A stretch of DNA of 62,937 nucleotides, counting the filler, from Octopus bimaculoides (lineage: Eukaryota), in assembly GCF_001194135.2 (NCBI RefSeq). It is 5 parts of 5 records of this genome, joined end to end, with 100 filler letters (N's around TTAATTAATTAA, not from the genome) between each part and the next. Parts side by side here need not be neighbours in the genome. Positions count along the whole stretch, not along the records: positions 12,147 to 25,959 come from NC_068981.1; positions 26,060 to 55,133 come from NC_068989.1; 3 more parts are not named here. One strand, 5' to 3'. The notes beneath the pieces are model-generated. The model made no database searches, was not told the origin of the DNA, and saw nothing but the letters and a program-made list of their open reading frames with translations. A program made the position numbers and the translations under genes. This document shows positions 22,741-35,451 of this stretch, piece by piece; position 1 is the stretch's first letter, and the number at the start of each line of letters is the position of its first letter.

Positions 22741-23424
22741 TTTTTGATTAGTATTATTTATTCACATATCAATTTTAAAATATTTTATCATTTTTCTTTT
22801 AGTAATTTGTTTCATAATTCTCAACTAATTATGCACTATAAATATTTGGATTCTGTGATAGGAAAGTAGTTTTTGAAAATTTCTGTGTATATTAACTAGA
22901 GTTACTCATTATTTATATCGTCTACATTTGATGTACAGTAATGTTTGTCATATATGTATACAATTATGTACGTTTTATAGTTGATTTGCAAAGAAACTTC
23001 CTTGTAAATAAAATACTTCACACATCTAAGGAAAACAGTACACCTCATTTGAAAATTATATACAATCTTTAGAATAAATTATGATTCCGATTCAAATAAC
23101 ATAGCTAGAGGTTATTAATAACCTATGGCTTTCATTTCAATGAATATATTTTTGGAGATACATAAAGTATATTTTATCGCGTATCTGAATTTTTTTTTCT
23201 GTTTTTTTTTTTAATGTTTTAATTAGTATATAGATTTCACTCACTTGACAATCAATCACATTCTTATGTGGATGACATCTCAGACTAATTGAATTTCTCG
23301 GAATTATCTATTCCAGACCAATAAAAACAAATTGCATAAAATTTATTGATCGCCTCGATTCCTGATACTTCAGCCCATTAGTATGCGCCTACATTATCGT
23401 TGAATAATTTCATCGACAAAATTT

Positions 23425-23615
23425 TGGTTTCAAATTTTGGCACACGGCAGGCAGATTCAGAGGAGGGGATATTCGATTACACTGACTCCAGTACACAACT
23501 GGTACTTATCTTATCTACCCCAAAGGGTTGAAAGTCAAAGTCGACTTCCTCGGAATTTGAGCCCAGAGCGTTAAGACGGACGAAATGTCATTAAGCATTT
23601 TGCATGACGCGGTAA
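23425..23615 (-). mobile_element. tRNA-derived SINE, family C
   Basis: Reverse complement of gaggtcgactttgcctttcatcct...gataaattaagtaccagtt seen at 36160 and 46045. Confidence 0.8.
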
Positions 23616-25041
23616 CGATTCTGCCTGGCGTGGTAAAAATTATGCAAGTTCACCGCTTTATTTCAGCAACAAAATATTGCGATGAAAGTAATTGTTATCT
23701 AATATTTTCTTTCATCTCATATTTCAATAAAAACATATCTTTTGCATTTTTACGATCAGCAAGTATAACATTTAACGGACATTGCTGTAATATACGCAGG
23801 GTATGCAGAGTATTTTTGAAACATTGCGGCTCAGACAGCGCCTGCTTCTTGAATATTATCTAGAGTTTACTGTTCAGAGTTAGGAATGAACTGGGGACTT
23901 CTGGTGGAAGCTATTTCTTTGTGGCCATGAAATTAAAACATACTTAGCGGTGAGACTTTGCCAGTATAGCTAAGTTCACGGAACAAGGTAATCATCAAAT
24001 ATAACTTCACCCGGTTGAGCAACGCAAAGTGGAAGAGAGCTATAATAGAAATACCGTACAAAGACATTAGCTACAATATTTTTGCAAAGCAATGACACTT
24101 AGTGATAGAAAATTAATTGGAAATTAGCAGAGACTCAAGTTTCAAATTTGTAGCAGAATATTAGTTTTCGAAAAAAAAAAAAAAAAAAAAAAATAGTAGA
24201 TTGATAGGTATAGTGTCTTGCATAGAATATGGATTATAAAATTCCTGTGTATCCATATACGGGAATTATTTCATGTAAATTGCAAATTATCGATAACAAT
24301 TTTCTTTTGTATTTCCTGCCACAACCTGGTAACAAGAACACGGGCAAACCGAAACGTAGAAAAGTATTTTTTTCCGAACGGGAATTTGAATCACTGCTAA
24401 AATTCTATCAATTACGACATGAGAAAAAGAGTTTGAAATATTTTATGAATTAAGTGCTAAAACTCGAAATATCGTTAAGATCTTATCATAGACCCTTACC
24501 CAATTTTTAATTGATCTTTATGAAATTGTATCCGAAGCCATCGTCAGGCCCATCATAAAATTAAACTAGCTTTGCTGATCGCCAATGAGAGTCTAATGGT
24601 ACTTAAAATTTTAGTTCATCGACCCTCTTTTAACGTTCATATTTTATGGATCCACCAGGCATACATGCCTTATTAATTTAATAAATCTATAGATGCCCTG
24701 ACGGCCCAAATAACATATATCCAGCGCATAGCAGATTATATATGTATATATATAAATATGTATGTGTGTGTGTGTAAGTGTGTGTGTGTGTGTGTGCATG
24801 TGTGTGTTTGCAGGTATTTATGTACGTATGTGTGTGTAGTTTTTAGACAATAAACATGAATAACCACACAACAAAAACAAACTTTGTCAAATATGGTATT
24901 AATTTCACTTGTTAATGAAGAAGTATGTGTTAAGTTTCATAAAAAGGAAAGAATAAGCGAAGCATAAGGAGTGTAAGATAAAGTAACTGAGTATAGAAAG
25001 AAGACAAAAAATGTCAGGAAGGAAATATACATACATATGTA

Positions 25042-25259
25042 CCGTAATCCTTCGACTATCGCAGGTGTTACGTTCCAAAATCCCTCGCGATAGGTGAAAA
25101 TCTGCGAAGTAGAAAGAGTACTGTATATTTTCTTTTATTATTTTCAAAATTTGTATATATTTATTTTATTGTAAATGCAAAGCAACACCATAGAGTAATC
25201 GACGTAAGCTTAAATAATAAACCGCGATAGGTGAACCGCGATATGGCGAGGGATTGGTG
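25042..25259. mobile_element. Tigger/mariner-type MITE
   Basis: Imperfect TIRs ccgtaatccttcgactatcgc / gcgatatggcgagggattggtg, flanked by TA at 25040-41 and 25260-61. Confidence 0.7.
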
Positions 25260-25333
25260 TATGTATNNNNNNNNNNNNNNNNNNNNNNNNNNNNNNNNNN
25301 NNNNNNNNNNNNNNNNNNNNNNNNNNNNNNNNN

Positions 25334-25372
<39 letters not shown>

Positions 25373-25540
25373 TAGGGTAGCTTAAACATTCAAGGGGTAG
25401 GCTGAAGTGTATAAGCAACCAGGGGATAATTAAATCCGAAGGCACTCTTAACTCTATTCTTATACCACTATATCCATTACTATATCCTGTAACTGTTATT
25501 CCTGCATCTCTCACACCATGAACTTTAACGTACTTCTCAA

Positions 25541-25592
25541 CATTCTGAAGAGATCTGCCAATCAAATTGGAAGATCGAAACGATCGTCAATG
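25541..25592 (+). ncRNA. Minimal type I hammerhead ribozyme (canonical core, palindromic stem III)
   Basis: CATT CTGAAGA GATCT-gccaatcaaattgga-AGATC GAAAC GATC GTC AATG: stem I CATT/AATG, 5-bp stem II, ACGATCGT palindrome, GUC triplet. Confidence 0.8.
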
Positions 25593-25724
25593 AATCATTA
25601 TACAATCTCCACATACTTAATTAAATCAATGGCTAACTAGCGCAATTGACCTGCTTCTTCTTGTGTTTGTTTCTCCATTCTCCACTTGATTATACATACA
25701 TATATATATATATAGATATATATG

Positions 25725-25960
25725 GGAGAATATACAAAAAATAACAACAGACGAGGACAGGTGGTGTAAATAACAAAAGTATATATTAGTATGACGCTCG
25801 GGAATACGGAAAGTCTTTGACGTTTCGAGCTACGCTCTTCAACAGAAAGAATACGGAGACAAGGAGAAAAACACGGAGAAAAAAAATTGAATAGTGTTCA
25901 GTCAACGGTCAATCATAATAATGGCCGATCATAACAATGGCTGACCGGAAGTTAGAAATN
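25725..25960 (-). mobile_element. Penelope-like element tail (pLTR) fragment
   Basis: Homologous to 26068-26280; carries an HHR motif; ends next to (TA)n. Confidence 0.65.
25814..25850 (-). ncRNA. Minimal hammerhead variant (CUGUUGA core)
   Basis: TCTTT CTGTTGA A GAGC-GTA-GCTC GAAAC GTC AAAGA, with a perfect 5-bp stem I. Confidence 0.6.
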
Positions 25961-26067
25961 NNNNNNNNNNNNNNNNNNNNNNNNNNNNNNNNNNNNNNNN
26001 NNNTTAATTAATTAANNNNNNNNNNNNNNNNNNNNNNNNNNNNNNNNNNNNNNNNNNNNATATATAT

Positions 26068-26765
26068 AGTTGAAATTTACAGAAAAGCAAGAGACGAAGA
26101 CAGGTGTATAAACAGCTGTATTAGTTTAATGCTCGGGAAGATGAGAAAGTATTTTACGTTTCGAGCCTACGCTCTTCAACAGAAAGGAACACGAGTAAAT
26201 AAACAACGAGAGAATAAAAAAATAACTTTGGGGGCAAGCAGTTAATCATGGCAGCTGGCTGGTCAGAGGTAGTTAGAGAGAAGAGCTAGGAAGAAGGGGA
26301 GATTATAAAGTATTGGTGATCCAAAAACGAAGGTGCAAGTGCGTGTGTATGTAAGAGTGCGTAAGTGTGTGCGTGCGAATAGGGGCTGGTGACTGACGTG
26401 TGGATGTGTGTGCGTCTGTAATGTGTGGGTCCTGGGAGGTGGTAGGTGCTAGCGTGTGCGGGTTGGTGAGATGTGGTGTGGTGGTGTTTGGTGTGGTAGT
26501 GTTGGGGCGTGGGGATGTGAGAATGGGGTGTGGGGATGTGAGGGTGGGGTGTGGTTTTGAGCTGAGATAGTGGGAGTGGAGTGGGGTATGTAGGAGTGGG
26601 GTGTGTGGGGTTGGGATGTGTAGGGGCCGGGTTGAGATGGACGGGGTAACGATGAAGGGAGAAAGTGGGTAGGAGTGAAGAGAGAAAGTATGTGTGAGAT
26701 GAAGAGAGGAGAGGAGGGGAGTCAGATGAAGAGGAGAGGGGACTTGAACTCATGTGGTGCAAGGG
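26068..26765 (-). mobile_element. Penelope-like element 3' end
   Basis: LAPHEFKS next to the gap resembles FAPHGLNS at the end of the 51200 GIY-YIG ORF; a pyrimidine-rich UTR and an HHR-bearing tail follow. Confidence 0.7.
26151..26186 (-). ncRNA. Minimal hammerhead variant (CUGUUGA core)
   Basis: CTTT CTGTTGA A GAGC-GTAG-GCTC GAAAC GTA AAAT. Confidence 0.55.
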
Positions 26766-27499
26766 NNNNNNNNNNNNNNNNNNNNNNNNNNNNNNNNNNN
26801 NNNNNNNNNNNNNNNNNNNNNNNNNNNNNNNNNNNNNNNNNNNNNNNNNNNNNNNNNNNNNNNNNNNNNNNNNNNNNNNNNNNNNNNNNNNNNNNNNNNN
26901 NNNNNNNNNNNNNNNNNNNNNNNNNNNNNNNNNNNNNNNNNNNNNNNNNNNNNNNNNNNNNNNNNNNNNNNNNNNNNNNNNNNNNNNNNNNNNNNNNNNN
27001 NNNNNNNNNNNNNNNNNNNNNNNNACATTGGCAGCATATCATATCAGACCAATGAACGATTCCCATACAAAAATGAAGAATGAAAATGAATGTAAGAAAA
27101 GATCCCACCTTGGCAATCGCTAAAGGAAATTCATAGTTTCTGTACATAAGTCAAATAACCCTGAGTCTACTGCAAATGTTCCTCTGAATTTGCAGCATAT
27201 TTTAGATTTGTTGTATTATTTAAAGTAGAATTAATTGAATTATTTCAAAGAAAGTTATATTTTTTAAAATAAAAAATTAATGTCCTGATGTCTGTTTAGT
27301 TTATTACAGTATTCACCATGTCGAAAACACAGCGTGTAGCAAAGAAAATTACTGCAGAAACAAAGAAAGAGAATATTTCTAAAATTGTAAGTAATATCAG
27401 CTGAAGTATTCGTAGTGGACAGATGATTTTGAACAGAAAGGACGAACCTATGTAGCATCGATAAGCAAAGATATATGTTGGTTTTATAATACAGGTGCC

Positions 27500-28900
27500 T
27501 CACATACATAGATGAAAAATCTGAAGGTAAAACAATTAGACAGTGACTTATTGGGTGAGGGTTTCCTTTTAAAAAATGCCAAGTCTCGTTATGTACATCG
27601 CGAGAGTGATGCTTCTGATACCATTCTTGATAATGATGCAAGACCAGTGACAATTAAATCTAGTAAGGGGTGGGTTTAATCTTTAAGAAATGTTGGATCA
27701 TTCAGAGTTTTGTAGAATACGGCAAAGCTATCAATTGAGAAAACGTCGCTGTGGAAAAATATTTTACGAGATGGTGAAGAAAGATAATTTCTGTGCTCTG
27801 CAGGTTTTCAATTACGATGAAACTGATAAATATGTCTAGAAGGTCCTACAGAGGTGGAGAAAATATTGCCTGAGCATAAACCGATGAAGGATAGGATACC
27901 GTTTCTTTGCGCCAAGTCCCAAAGGATTTGCCGATAAAATCACTATCGTTGTTACATTCTTGGTATCACATGACCTTCAAAGAACTACAAGAACTCGTTC
28001 AGTGTCAAATACGCTCTCGTCTCAAAAGCTTGTGTGTTTTCTTATGTGTTTTCTCCCGCCCACTGCACGTGATCTATCGCAAGGGAAAGGGTTTTCCAAT
28101 GCTCTCCTTGTTATGGACAATGCTTCTGTAGATCGTCCTAATTTCATAGACCAAATACCAAAAACGTTTGATTTTTTTTATCAAAGCCATTTCCTGCTTC
28201 TCAGTATCATATCTCTGCTATAACACATGCATCAACAAATGTTTCACCTCTCTGTATGTGGCTACCTCAAGGAACTCATTTTGTGTTGAATATGTTTTCA
28301 ACTCAATTGCCTGGGTTATCAAGCTTTTACTCACAGCGTGGTTCACCAAGGTATTTGCTCCTCTCCTCCTGTACTTGATATTCCTCACGCAAAAGGATCT
28401 CCCAGTGCACGGACCTTTCATTATGAATAATGCTCTAGCAGGCTCTTTTAAACTCAAGGACCAAATAACACAGAAGTTTGACTTTATCAAAGTCTCTTTC
28501 CTTCTAACATTATCCCACTGCTACAGTAGAAGAATCAGCAAGTATTAGAAAATTTTAAAAAGCTTTCTAAAACATATCTATTCAGAATTTGTTTTGATAT
28601 TAAAAGAGTTTTAGAAAAATACACCACAATTGCAGATACTGTAAATCTGTTAATAGTGAAAACATGGGGAAAGTTTCTTCTAAGGACTTGAATTCTTCTT
28701 GGAGACTTCTCTAGTCTTCAAGAAACTTCTGGATGTTTGAGATAGAGCCTGTAATAAAAGAAATTATGCATTTGGCCAATTAACTTGGACTGGAGGTGAA
28801 AGAAAGGGGCATGAATGATTTCAGTGAGATGAGAAAAGGACTATTATATCGATGAAGGAGATTCATCTGGAAGAGACGGAATTCTTGCAGCAAGGTCTGG
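27500..28900 (+). pseudogene. pogo/Tigger (CENP-B-like, DDE_1) transposase relic
   Basis: Residual motifs QVFNYDET, HKPMKDRI and LLVMDNAS in colinear order; heavily frameshifted; ends uncertain. Confidence 0.7.
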
Positions 28901-29726
28901 ATTCTGAGAAGAAGGACGAAAAAAAAAAAGAAAGAATCCAATCAGTAGAATAATTGAAGAAAGTTTTGTTTGTGCCGTTAGTTCAATACAGGGTGAAAAT
29001 ATATCATATTTTCTTAGAGGATCTTAAGTCAAGGGTTAGGTAGTTTTATGACATAATCTTGCAATACTTTTGAACTGACAGAAGAATAGGCCGTGGAAAA
29101 CCACTCTGAAAGTTCAAGAACGTTTTATTTATTTCAATTGAATAATTGTCTTGAGCTGATGACTTGTAGAGCATGTCTTGATGTAACCATCTGTATGTAT
29201 TTAAAATGCTTCTGGCAAAAACTGAAGATTCTAATGATACTCCTGCAGAAGATAGCTCAGAGATGACTTCCTTCCCCACCCTGCTGGCTTTCACTTTGCC
29301 AAACTCAAGTGAGAAACGGAGTGATTTTAAAATTGTTTCTTTATAATTGTTTTATTATTCAAGTTCTTAATTTTACTTTTAAAATATAATTAATCATTCT
29401 CACATTTTAGAAATCTTTTATGTTATTTATCATGTAACAAATTCTGTCTTATTTTCATGTCTGTCTCATTCGTTTAACAAGGAGAAAGAGAAAGAAAGAA
29501 AGAAAGAAAGAAAGAGAGAGGGGAAGAGAGCGAGATGGAGAGCGATGTTTGAAAGGCGATGTTAAAATCTTTTCTTTTATTAATTTCATTTATTATTTTG
29601 TCTGTTTTCGTTATTATTATTATTTATCTCGTACTGTTATTACTTTGTATTACGTGTATTTATCGAACAAGACTACATAAACTATAAAGCAAGCTTTTTC
29701 CCCACTCAGCCACGTCTGTGCTAATA

Positions 29727-29877
<151 letters not shown>

Positions 29878-30199
29878 GAGTGAGTTAATGTACGACAAAA
29901 GAAGAGATATTACGTAATCACTGTTTCTGTTAAGTAAGCGTGCACTCTGAGTTGAATGCTAGTGCAGCATTTTAAAGCTTTCCTGGAACTGTTTGGATGG
30001 AGTGTTCGTTATTGCTGAAAGCATTTAAATACATGAACATACTCTGCCGGTCAGCAGCACAAACCAGAAGTATTCAATTGACGGAATACTTTGCACGCAT
30101 AGTTTTGAATCGTTGGAAATTTCAGGAATATATGTCAAAGTCAGACTCCATTAGTTTAACTACAAATTTCTTGATGATGAAACCCAAATATTCACGTTT

Positions 30200-30271
<72 letters not shown>

Positions 30272-30714
30272 ATACACACACTCTGTCTCTCTCTCAAAAA
30301 CACACACAGAAGCCGTTCGGTCATTAAAAGCAATTTGGACTAGAAACTTTCTCCTTTTTATTTCTTCCACAAATAAATCATTATTCTTCCTACGCCATAT
30401 TTGATATTGAGTTACAAATAAAGAAATATTTCTTGTGTATTCTCTCAGAAAGAATTACTTCAAACAAAACAACTTCGAAACTCGAACTGCCTTCGTCTGT
30501 TTTGGCATGAGAAAAAAGTTAACCATCTCCCCAAAATAGCAGAAAGAAGGAAAAATTGTTGCCGGAAGTCCCCATACGACTTCGCTTTCCGATACAAAAG
30601 TGAAAAGGAAGTAACATTTAACGTTGCAGCCGAGAATTTTAGTATTGCTTACACATGCTGAATACTAAGATTCATGAAACTCTTAATTGTTGTTTTAGTT
30701 TTCTTTTATTTCTT

Positions 30715-31030
30715 TTGATCGTTTGAGTAATTTGACTACGGCTATATTGTGGCACCGCCTTGCGGGGGTGGGATCGAACAAATCGGCCCTAGTACTTTAG
30801 GTTACTGGGACATAAACAAGACAACATCGATTGCCAAACGCTGGGGTTTGAACAAACATAGACACAAAGACATACATACACATACATATATACATACATA
30901 GGTTCATAAATACACACACAAACACACACACGCACGCACATACAAATACACACACGCGACAGGATTCCACACAGTTTCCGTGTATCAGTTTCACTGACAA
31001 GTTATTAGTCGGTCCGGAGTTCTTGTAGGA
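30715..31030 (-). mobile_element. SINE family A (diverged)
   Basis: atttgactacggctatattgtggcaccgcc...acagtttccgtgtatcagtttcactgacaag. Confidence 0.7.
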
Positions 31031-31159
31031 GACATTTACATTCTTCACAATAAAGTCAAACGTGCAAAGACTGCTCTCTACCGTAGTAGCACAAAGTTCA
31101 CCCGTCACCATAACTTTGCCTCATGTTTCAGATATATAAGATTTCTTATAGCGAGGTTT

Positions 31160-31540
31160 GGTGGAGGTGCAATGGCTAAGTGGTCTGGGCAGAGGACTCG
31201 TGGTCGTAGGATCGCAGTTTCGATCCCCAGATCGGGCGTTGTGAGTGTTTATTCAGCGAAATCACCTAAAGCTCCACAAGGCTCCGGCAGGGGGTGGTGG
31301 CGAAGTCTGCTGTACTCTTTCACCACAACTTTCTCTCACTTTATCTTCCTGTATCTGTTGTACCTGTATTTCAAAGGGCCAGCCTTCTCACACTCTGTGT
31401 TACGCTGAATCTCCCCCGAGAACTACGTTAAGGGTACACGTGTCTGTGGAGTGCTCAGCCACTTGTACGTTAATTTCACGGGCAGGCTGTTCCGTTGATT
31501 GGATCAACTGGAACCCTCGTCGTCGTAATCGACGGAGTGG
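31160..31540 (+). mobile_element. SINE family B, variant head/body
   Basis: A-box tggctaagtgg, B-box-like gtttcgatccc; 3' half tttcaaagggccagcc...gtcgtcgtaatcgacggagtg shared with 5106. Confidence 0.9.
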
Positions 31541-32019
31541 CAACAGCAGTGAGGTTTAGTTTGCTGAACGCCGTTTTAGCCTTCTAAGCAAAACCTATCT
31601 TAGCAATTCCTACTTACTGAAGTGCTTTGCTAACATATAATACTCACTTGGGCCCACACCTCTTCATTCATTTACATAGATGACATCAAAAATAATTCTA
31701 AGCCCCAGAACGCCAATGGGCGAAAAAAATGCTGCTGAACTAGGAAAACATTTCAGCCATTTACTTTGAAAAGTGGCTGAGAGTATTCCATGGCGTCAAA
31801 TAGTATTAGAGACCAAGTTGTGTAACTGTTGGTAACAGCTTAAGCAGGATCATACGCTTAATAATATAATCAGTATGAGCCGCAGGATGTGTTCAAGGAT
31901 TCTTAGAATTTTATACTCGTGAGAACCTGACAACATCATTCATGTTTTCTCTACGTTGGCGCCATTTACCATGAATGTTGTTGCTTGCTGAGGTCTCCCC
32001 ATAACTAAACAAAATTTTT

Positions 32020-32175
32020 GCTTCAAATTTTGACTCAAGGCTAGCATTTTCGAGGGAGGTTGTTAGTCGATGACACCGACTCCAGTACTCAACTGGTACT
32101 AATTTTATCGACCCCGAGAAGATGACAGATAAAGTCGACGTCGGTGGAAGTTGAACTCAGAACGTAAAGTGGGAA
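32020..32175 (-). mobile_element. SINE family C fragment
   Basis: ccagtactcaactggtactaattttatcgaccccgag...aaagtcgac...gaactcagaacgtaaag. Confidence 0.8.
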
Positions 32176-32714
32176 GAAAATCTAAAAAAATATAAAGAAA
32201 TTTGTTGTACAAAAAGAGGTCAATCAGTAAAAAATAAATAAGTGGCATAAAAAACCCCTAATAACTGAAATTGCCTCAAAACACTCAGACTTTATTCTTA
32301 CCAAAACTACCGTGAGAGCTACATTAGTTGTACAAGTGGAAATATATTCCACCAACGATTCATCAAGCTCAAAACTTACCTAAGACTGGGCCTCTATGCC
32401 ATACGACTCATATTCGGACCGCAACACTTTCGTAATCACATAGATCATGTTGTTCGAAAATATAGTTTAAAAGACCTCACAAGTTATTGTTGTTAAGTTA
32501 GACATGGACTGGAGAATATTATAGCTTCTTTCGCTTTACACCGCCTGAAGTAGGATACAATACTCAAAACGAAGGTTCTGGAGCAGAAGACATGTTATAT
32601 GTGATCGTCCAGATGTTTTTTTTTTTATATAAGACGTATCACAAGTTAATTCTATACCATTATTCTCTCATTCTGTAGATTTATATAGGAATACTAAATA
32701 ATTCAAAATATATA

Positions 32715-32935
32715 TGAATTATCGTGTTCTCTTCTCTGGGGGATTCGGCTGCGTTGACGGCTCGTGTTGGTCGGCCACATGCTACATGGCCACGGTGAAT
32801 AAAGAAGAAGGATCTCGCAGGGATGGAGGACTGACTGGAACACTGCTCGAAGGGCTGCCCGGGACAACCCCAGCAAATACCAACAAAAAGTGGTTGCAGC
32901 GACGGCCTGCAACGTTGCATATCCCATACTTGACC
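32715..32935 (+). pseudogene. RTE-like LINE ORF 3' end
   Basis: RVGRPHATW (one frame) then WNTARRAARDNPSKYQQKVVAATAC (next frame); resembles RTE C-termini as I recall them. Confidence 0.5.
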
Positions 32936-33134
32936 AGTTGTTTAGATCTGTGTCAGCCATATTCAAGCAGAGATACGGCAAAAAGTATTCCAGCTGTAAT
33001 TGCCATCTATTTGTAGTAATGCTTCTTCAATATTTCTCTCCTTTATTTAAGATAATAATACGTTTTTAGAGGAAATTTGACTTCTATATCTACCATTTCG
33101 AGCTACTTCATAAACAATCTATCACCCGTTTTAA

Positions 33135-33422
33135 CGTTGTTGGCACTCCGTCGATTACGACGTCGAGGGTTCCAGTTGATCCGATCAATGGAACAACCTG
33201 TTCGTGAAACTAACGTGCAAGTGGCTGAGCACTCCACAGACACGTGTACCCTTAACGTAGTTCTCGGGGATATTCAGCGTGTCACAGAGTATGAAAAAGC
33301 TGACCCATTGAATTACAGGCATAACAGAAACAGGAAGTAAGAGTGAGAGAAATTTGTGGTGGAAGAGTACAGCAAGGTTCACCGCCATCCCCTGCCGGAG
33401 CCTCGTGAAGCTTTAGGTGTTT
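33135..33422 (-). mobile_element. SINE family B, variant (head lost in the gap)
   Basis: Reverse-complement match to 31260-31540. Confidence 0.9.
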
Positions 33423-34199
33423 NNNNNNNNNNNNNNNNNNNNNNNNNNNNNNNNNNNNNNNNNNNNNNNNNNNNNNNNNNNNNNNNNNNNNNNNNNNNNA
33501 ACCAGAAAACGTGGGTGTCATAAACGGAATCCAATCTGCTGCACGCAATCGGACCAAATTTCTGGTTTAAAGGTACCTCACTCACTCCAAGCAGTCGCAG
33601 AGGCCCTGAAACCTATCATGTGTATTACCTTCCCACCTGACCAAAAAAAAAAAATAATAAAATAGAAAATAGGTAGAGGCTTTCTAAATGGTTTTTAAGC
33701 TAGGTGGTGTATTAGGCCTGCTAACAACATTTCTATATCTGAGCTTTGTGTACGTGCAGACAACAAACCTCTATGCATTATCTTTCCTCTTGTCGTTTTT
33801 CTTTTTATTGCTTTTGAATCTCGATTGCTAATCTAAAACTATTCAACAACAATGCAGCATGCTCTGTCATTTTGGAAGAACTCACGAACAGGTGTTCACT
33901 TTATAAGATAATGATAGTCAACTTGGAGTGACTGATATCGGTGCCATGGCTACGCTGATGATGAATTAATTAGATTCTATCGTGCACCATTCTACTGCGG
34001 CAACGGCTCTGTTAAGATGACTTCTTTGATAAATTATGCAAGTAGAGTTGAATTAGAAACATAAGAATTTTAATAAAAGTAGATCTTTGCATGTCAGTCT
34101 TCAGTAAAATATTCCATATAATCAACACCTCTGATCTAAAGCTGTACGAAACCTAGAAGTTCTCAAAAGATAGATGTAGTATCTTTTTCTCTTTGATTC

Positions 34200-34321
34200 T
34201 AGTTGCTGTTGTTGTTGTGGTTGCTGTTCTTCTTCCCACCATCATCACCATCATCATCATCATCATCGTCGTCGTCGTCGTCGTCATCGTCATCATGATC
34301 ATGATCATGATCATGATGATG

Positions 34322-34397
<76 letters not shown>

Positions 34398-34415
34398 CCA
34401 TCATCATTATTATTA
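34200..34415. repeat. Compound trinucleotide array (GTT)/(CAT)/(CGT)/(GAT)
   Basis: Directly visible. Confidence 0.95.
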
Positions 34416-34419
34416 TACT

Positions 34420-34699
34420 TGCCTTTGCACAGCTAACGCTGGAGATGTACTACAGTGTCAGCTGTTCACTACCAGTGAACTAAGGTAACACCTCTTATTT
34501 TTCGCGCACCTTCCGGAGTATTCGATCGGTTCCAAGCAGTGCTGTTTTCTGCAAGTTCTCCACCCTTATTGCAGCCCCTATTTGTTCTACGTACTTCCTG
34601 AGACTTTTGCTCACTGTTCCCAGGGCTCCAACAATTATTGGTACTACTGCTACCTTTTTCATCGACCACAACTGCTTAACTTCCCAAGCTAACCTGTCA
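34420..34699 (-). pseudogene. R4/Dong-like (RLE) LINE 3' end
   Basis: DRLAWEVKQLWSMKKVAVVPIIVGALGTVSK...LQKTALLGTDRILRKVR; the 3' UTR abuts the microsatellite. Confidence 0.75.
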
Positions 34700-35290
34700 N
34701 NNNNNNNNNNNNNNNNNNNNNNNNNNNNNNNNNNNNNNNNNNNNNNNNNNNNNNNNNNNNNNNNNNNNNNNNNNNNNNNNNNNNNNNNNNNNNNNNNNNN
34801 NNNNNNNNNNNNNNNNNNNNNNNNNNNNNNNNNNNNNNNNNNNNNNNNNNNNNNNNNNNNNNNNNNNNNNNNNNNNNNNNNNNNNNNNNNNNNNNNNNNN
34901 NNNNNNNNNNNNNNNNNNNNNNNNNNNNNNNNNNNNNNNNNNNNNNNNNNNNNNNNNNNNNNNNNNNNNNNNNNNNNNNNNNNNNNNNNNNNNNNNNNNN
35001 NNNNNNNNNNNNNNNNNNNNNNNNNNNNNNNNNNNNNNNNNNNNNNNNNNNNNNNNNNNNNNNNNNNNNNNNNNNNNNNNNNNNNNNNNNNNNNNNNNNN
35101 NNNNNNNNNNNNNNNNNNNNNNNNNNNNNNNNNNNNNNNNNNNNNNNNNNNNNNNNNNNNNNNNNNNNNNNNNNNNNNNNNNNNNNNNNNNNNNNNNNNN
35201 NNNNNNNNNNNNNNNNNNNNNNNNNNNNNNNNNNNNNNNNNNNNNNNNNNNNNNNNNNNNNNNNNNNNNNNNNNNNNNNNNNNNNNNNNN

Positions 35291-35345
35291 TATTTCCAGG
35301 TCTTTGTATTTTGAAAGTTTTTCCATTTCTTTTAGAGAAACGTTG
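35291..35345 (-). pseudogene. Second R4/Dong-like RLE fragment
   Basis: EKLSKYKDLEI, 5'-truncated against an (AAT/GAT)n array. Confidence 0.6.
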
Positions 35346-35401
35346 TCATATTATTATTATTATTATCATCATTATTATTATCATCATCATCATCATCATC
35401 A

Positions 35402-35449
<48 letters not shown>

Positions 35450-35451
<2 letters not shown>

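Noticed and set aside
24330-24365. GG-gcaaa-CC-GAAAC-GTA resembling the 3' half of a hammerhead
   Set aside because: There is no CUGANGA box upstream.
24530-24552. Minus-strand CTGACGATGG
   Set aside because: No GAAA box or stem II follows.
32681-33016. GC-richer island with ORFs on both strands, considered as a host exon
   Set aside because: It is better explained as a frameshifted RTE-like LINE 3' end, and there are no good splice sites.
34153-34483. Poly-Met / poly-Ile ORFs
   Set aside because: They come from the (GAT/ATC)n microsatellite.
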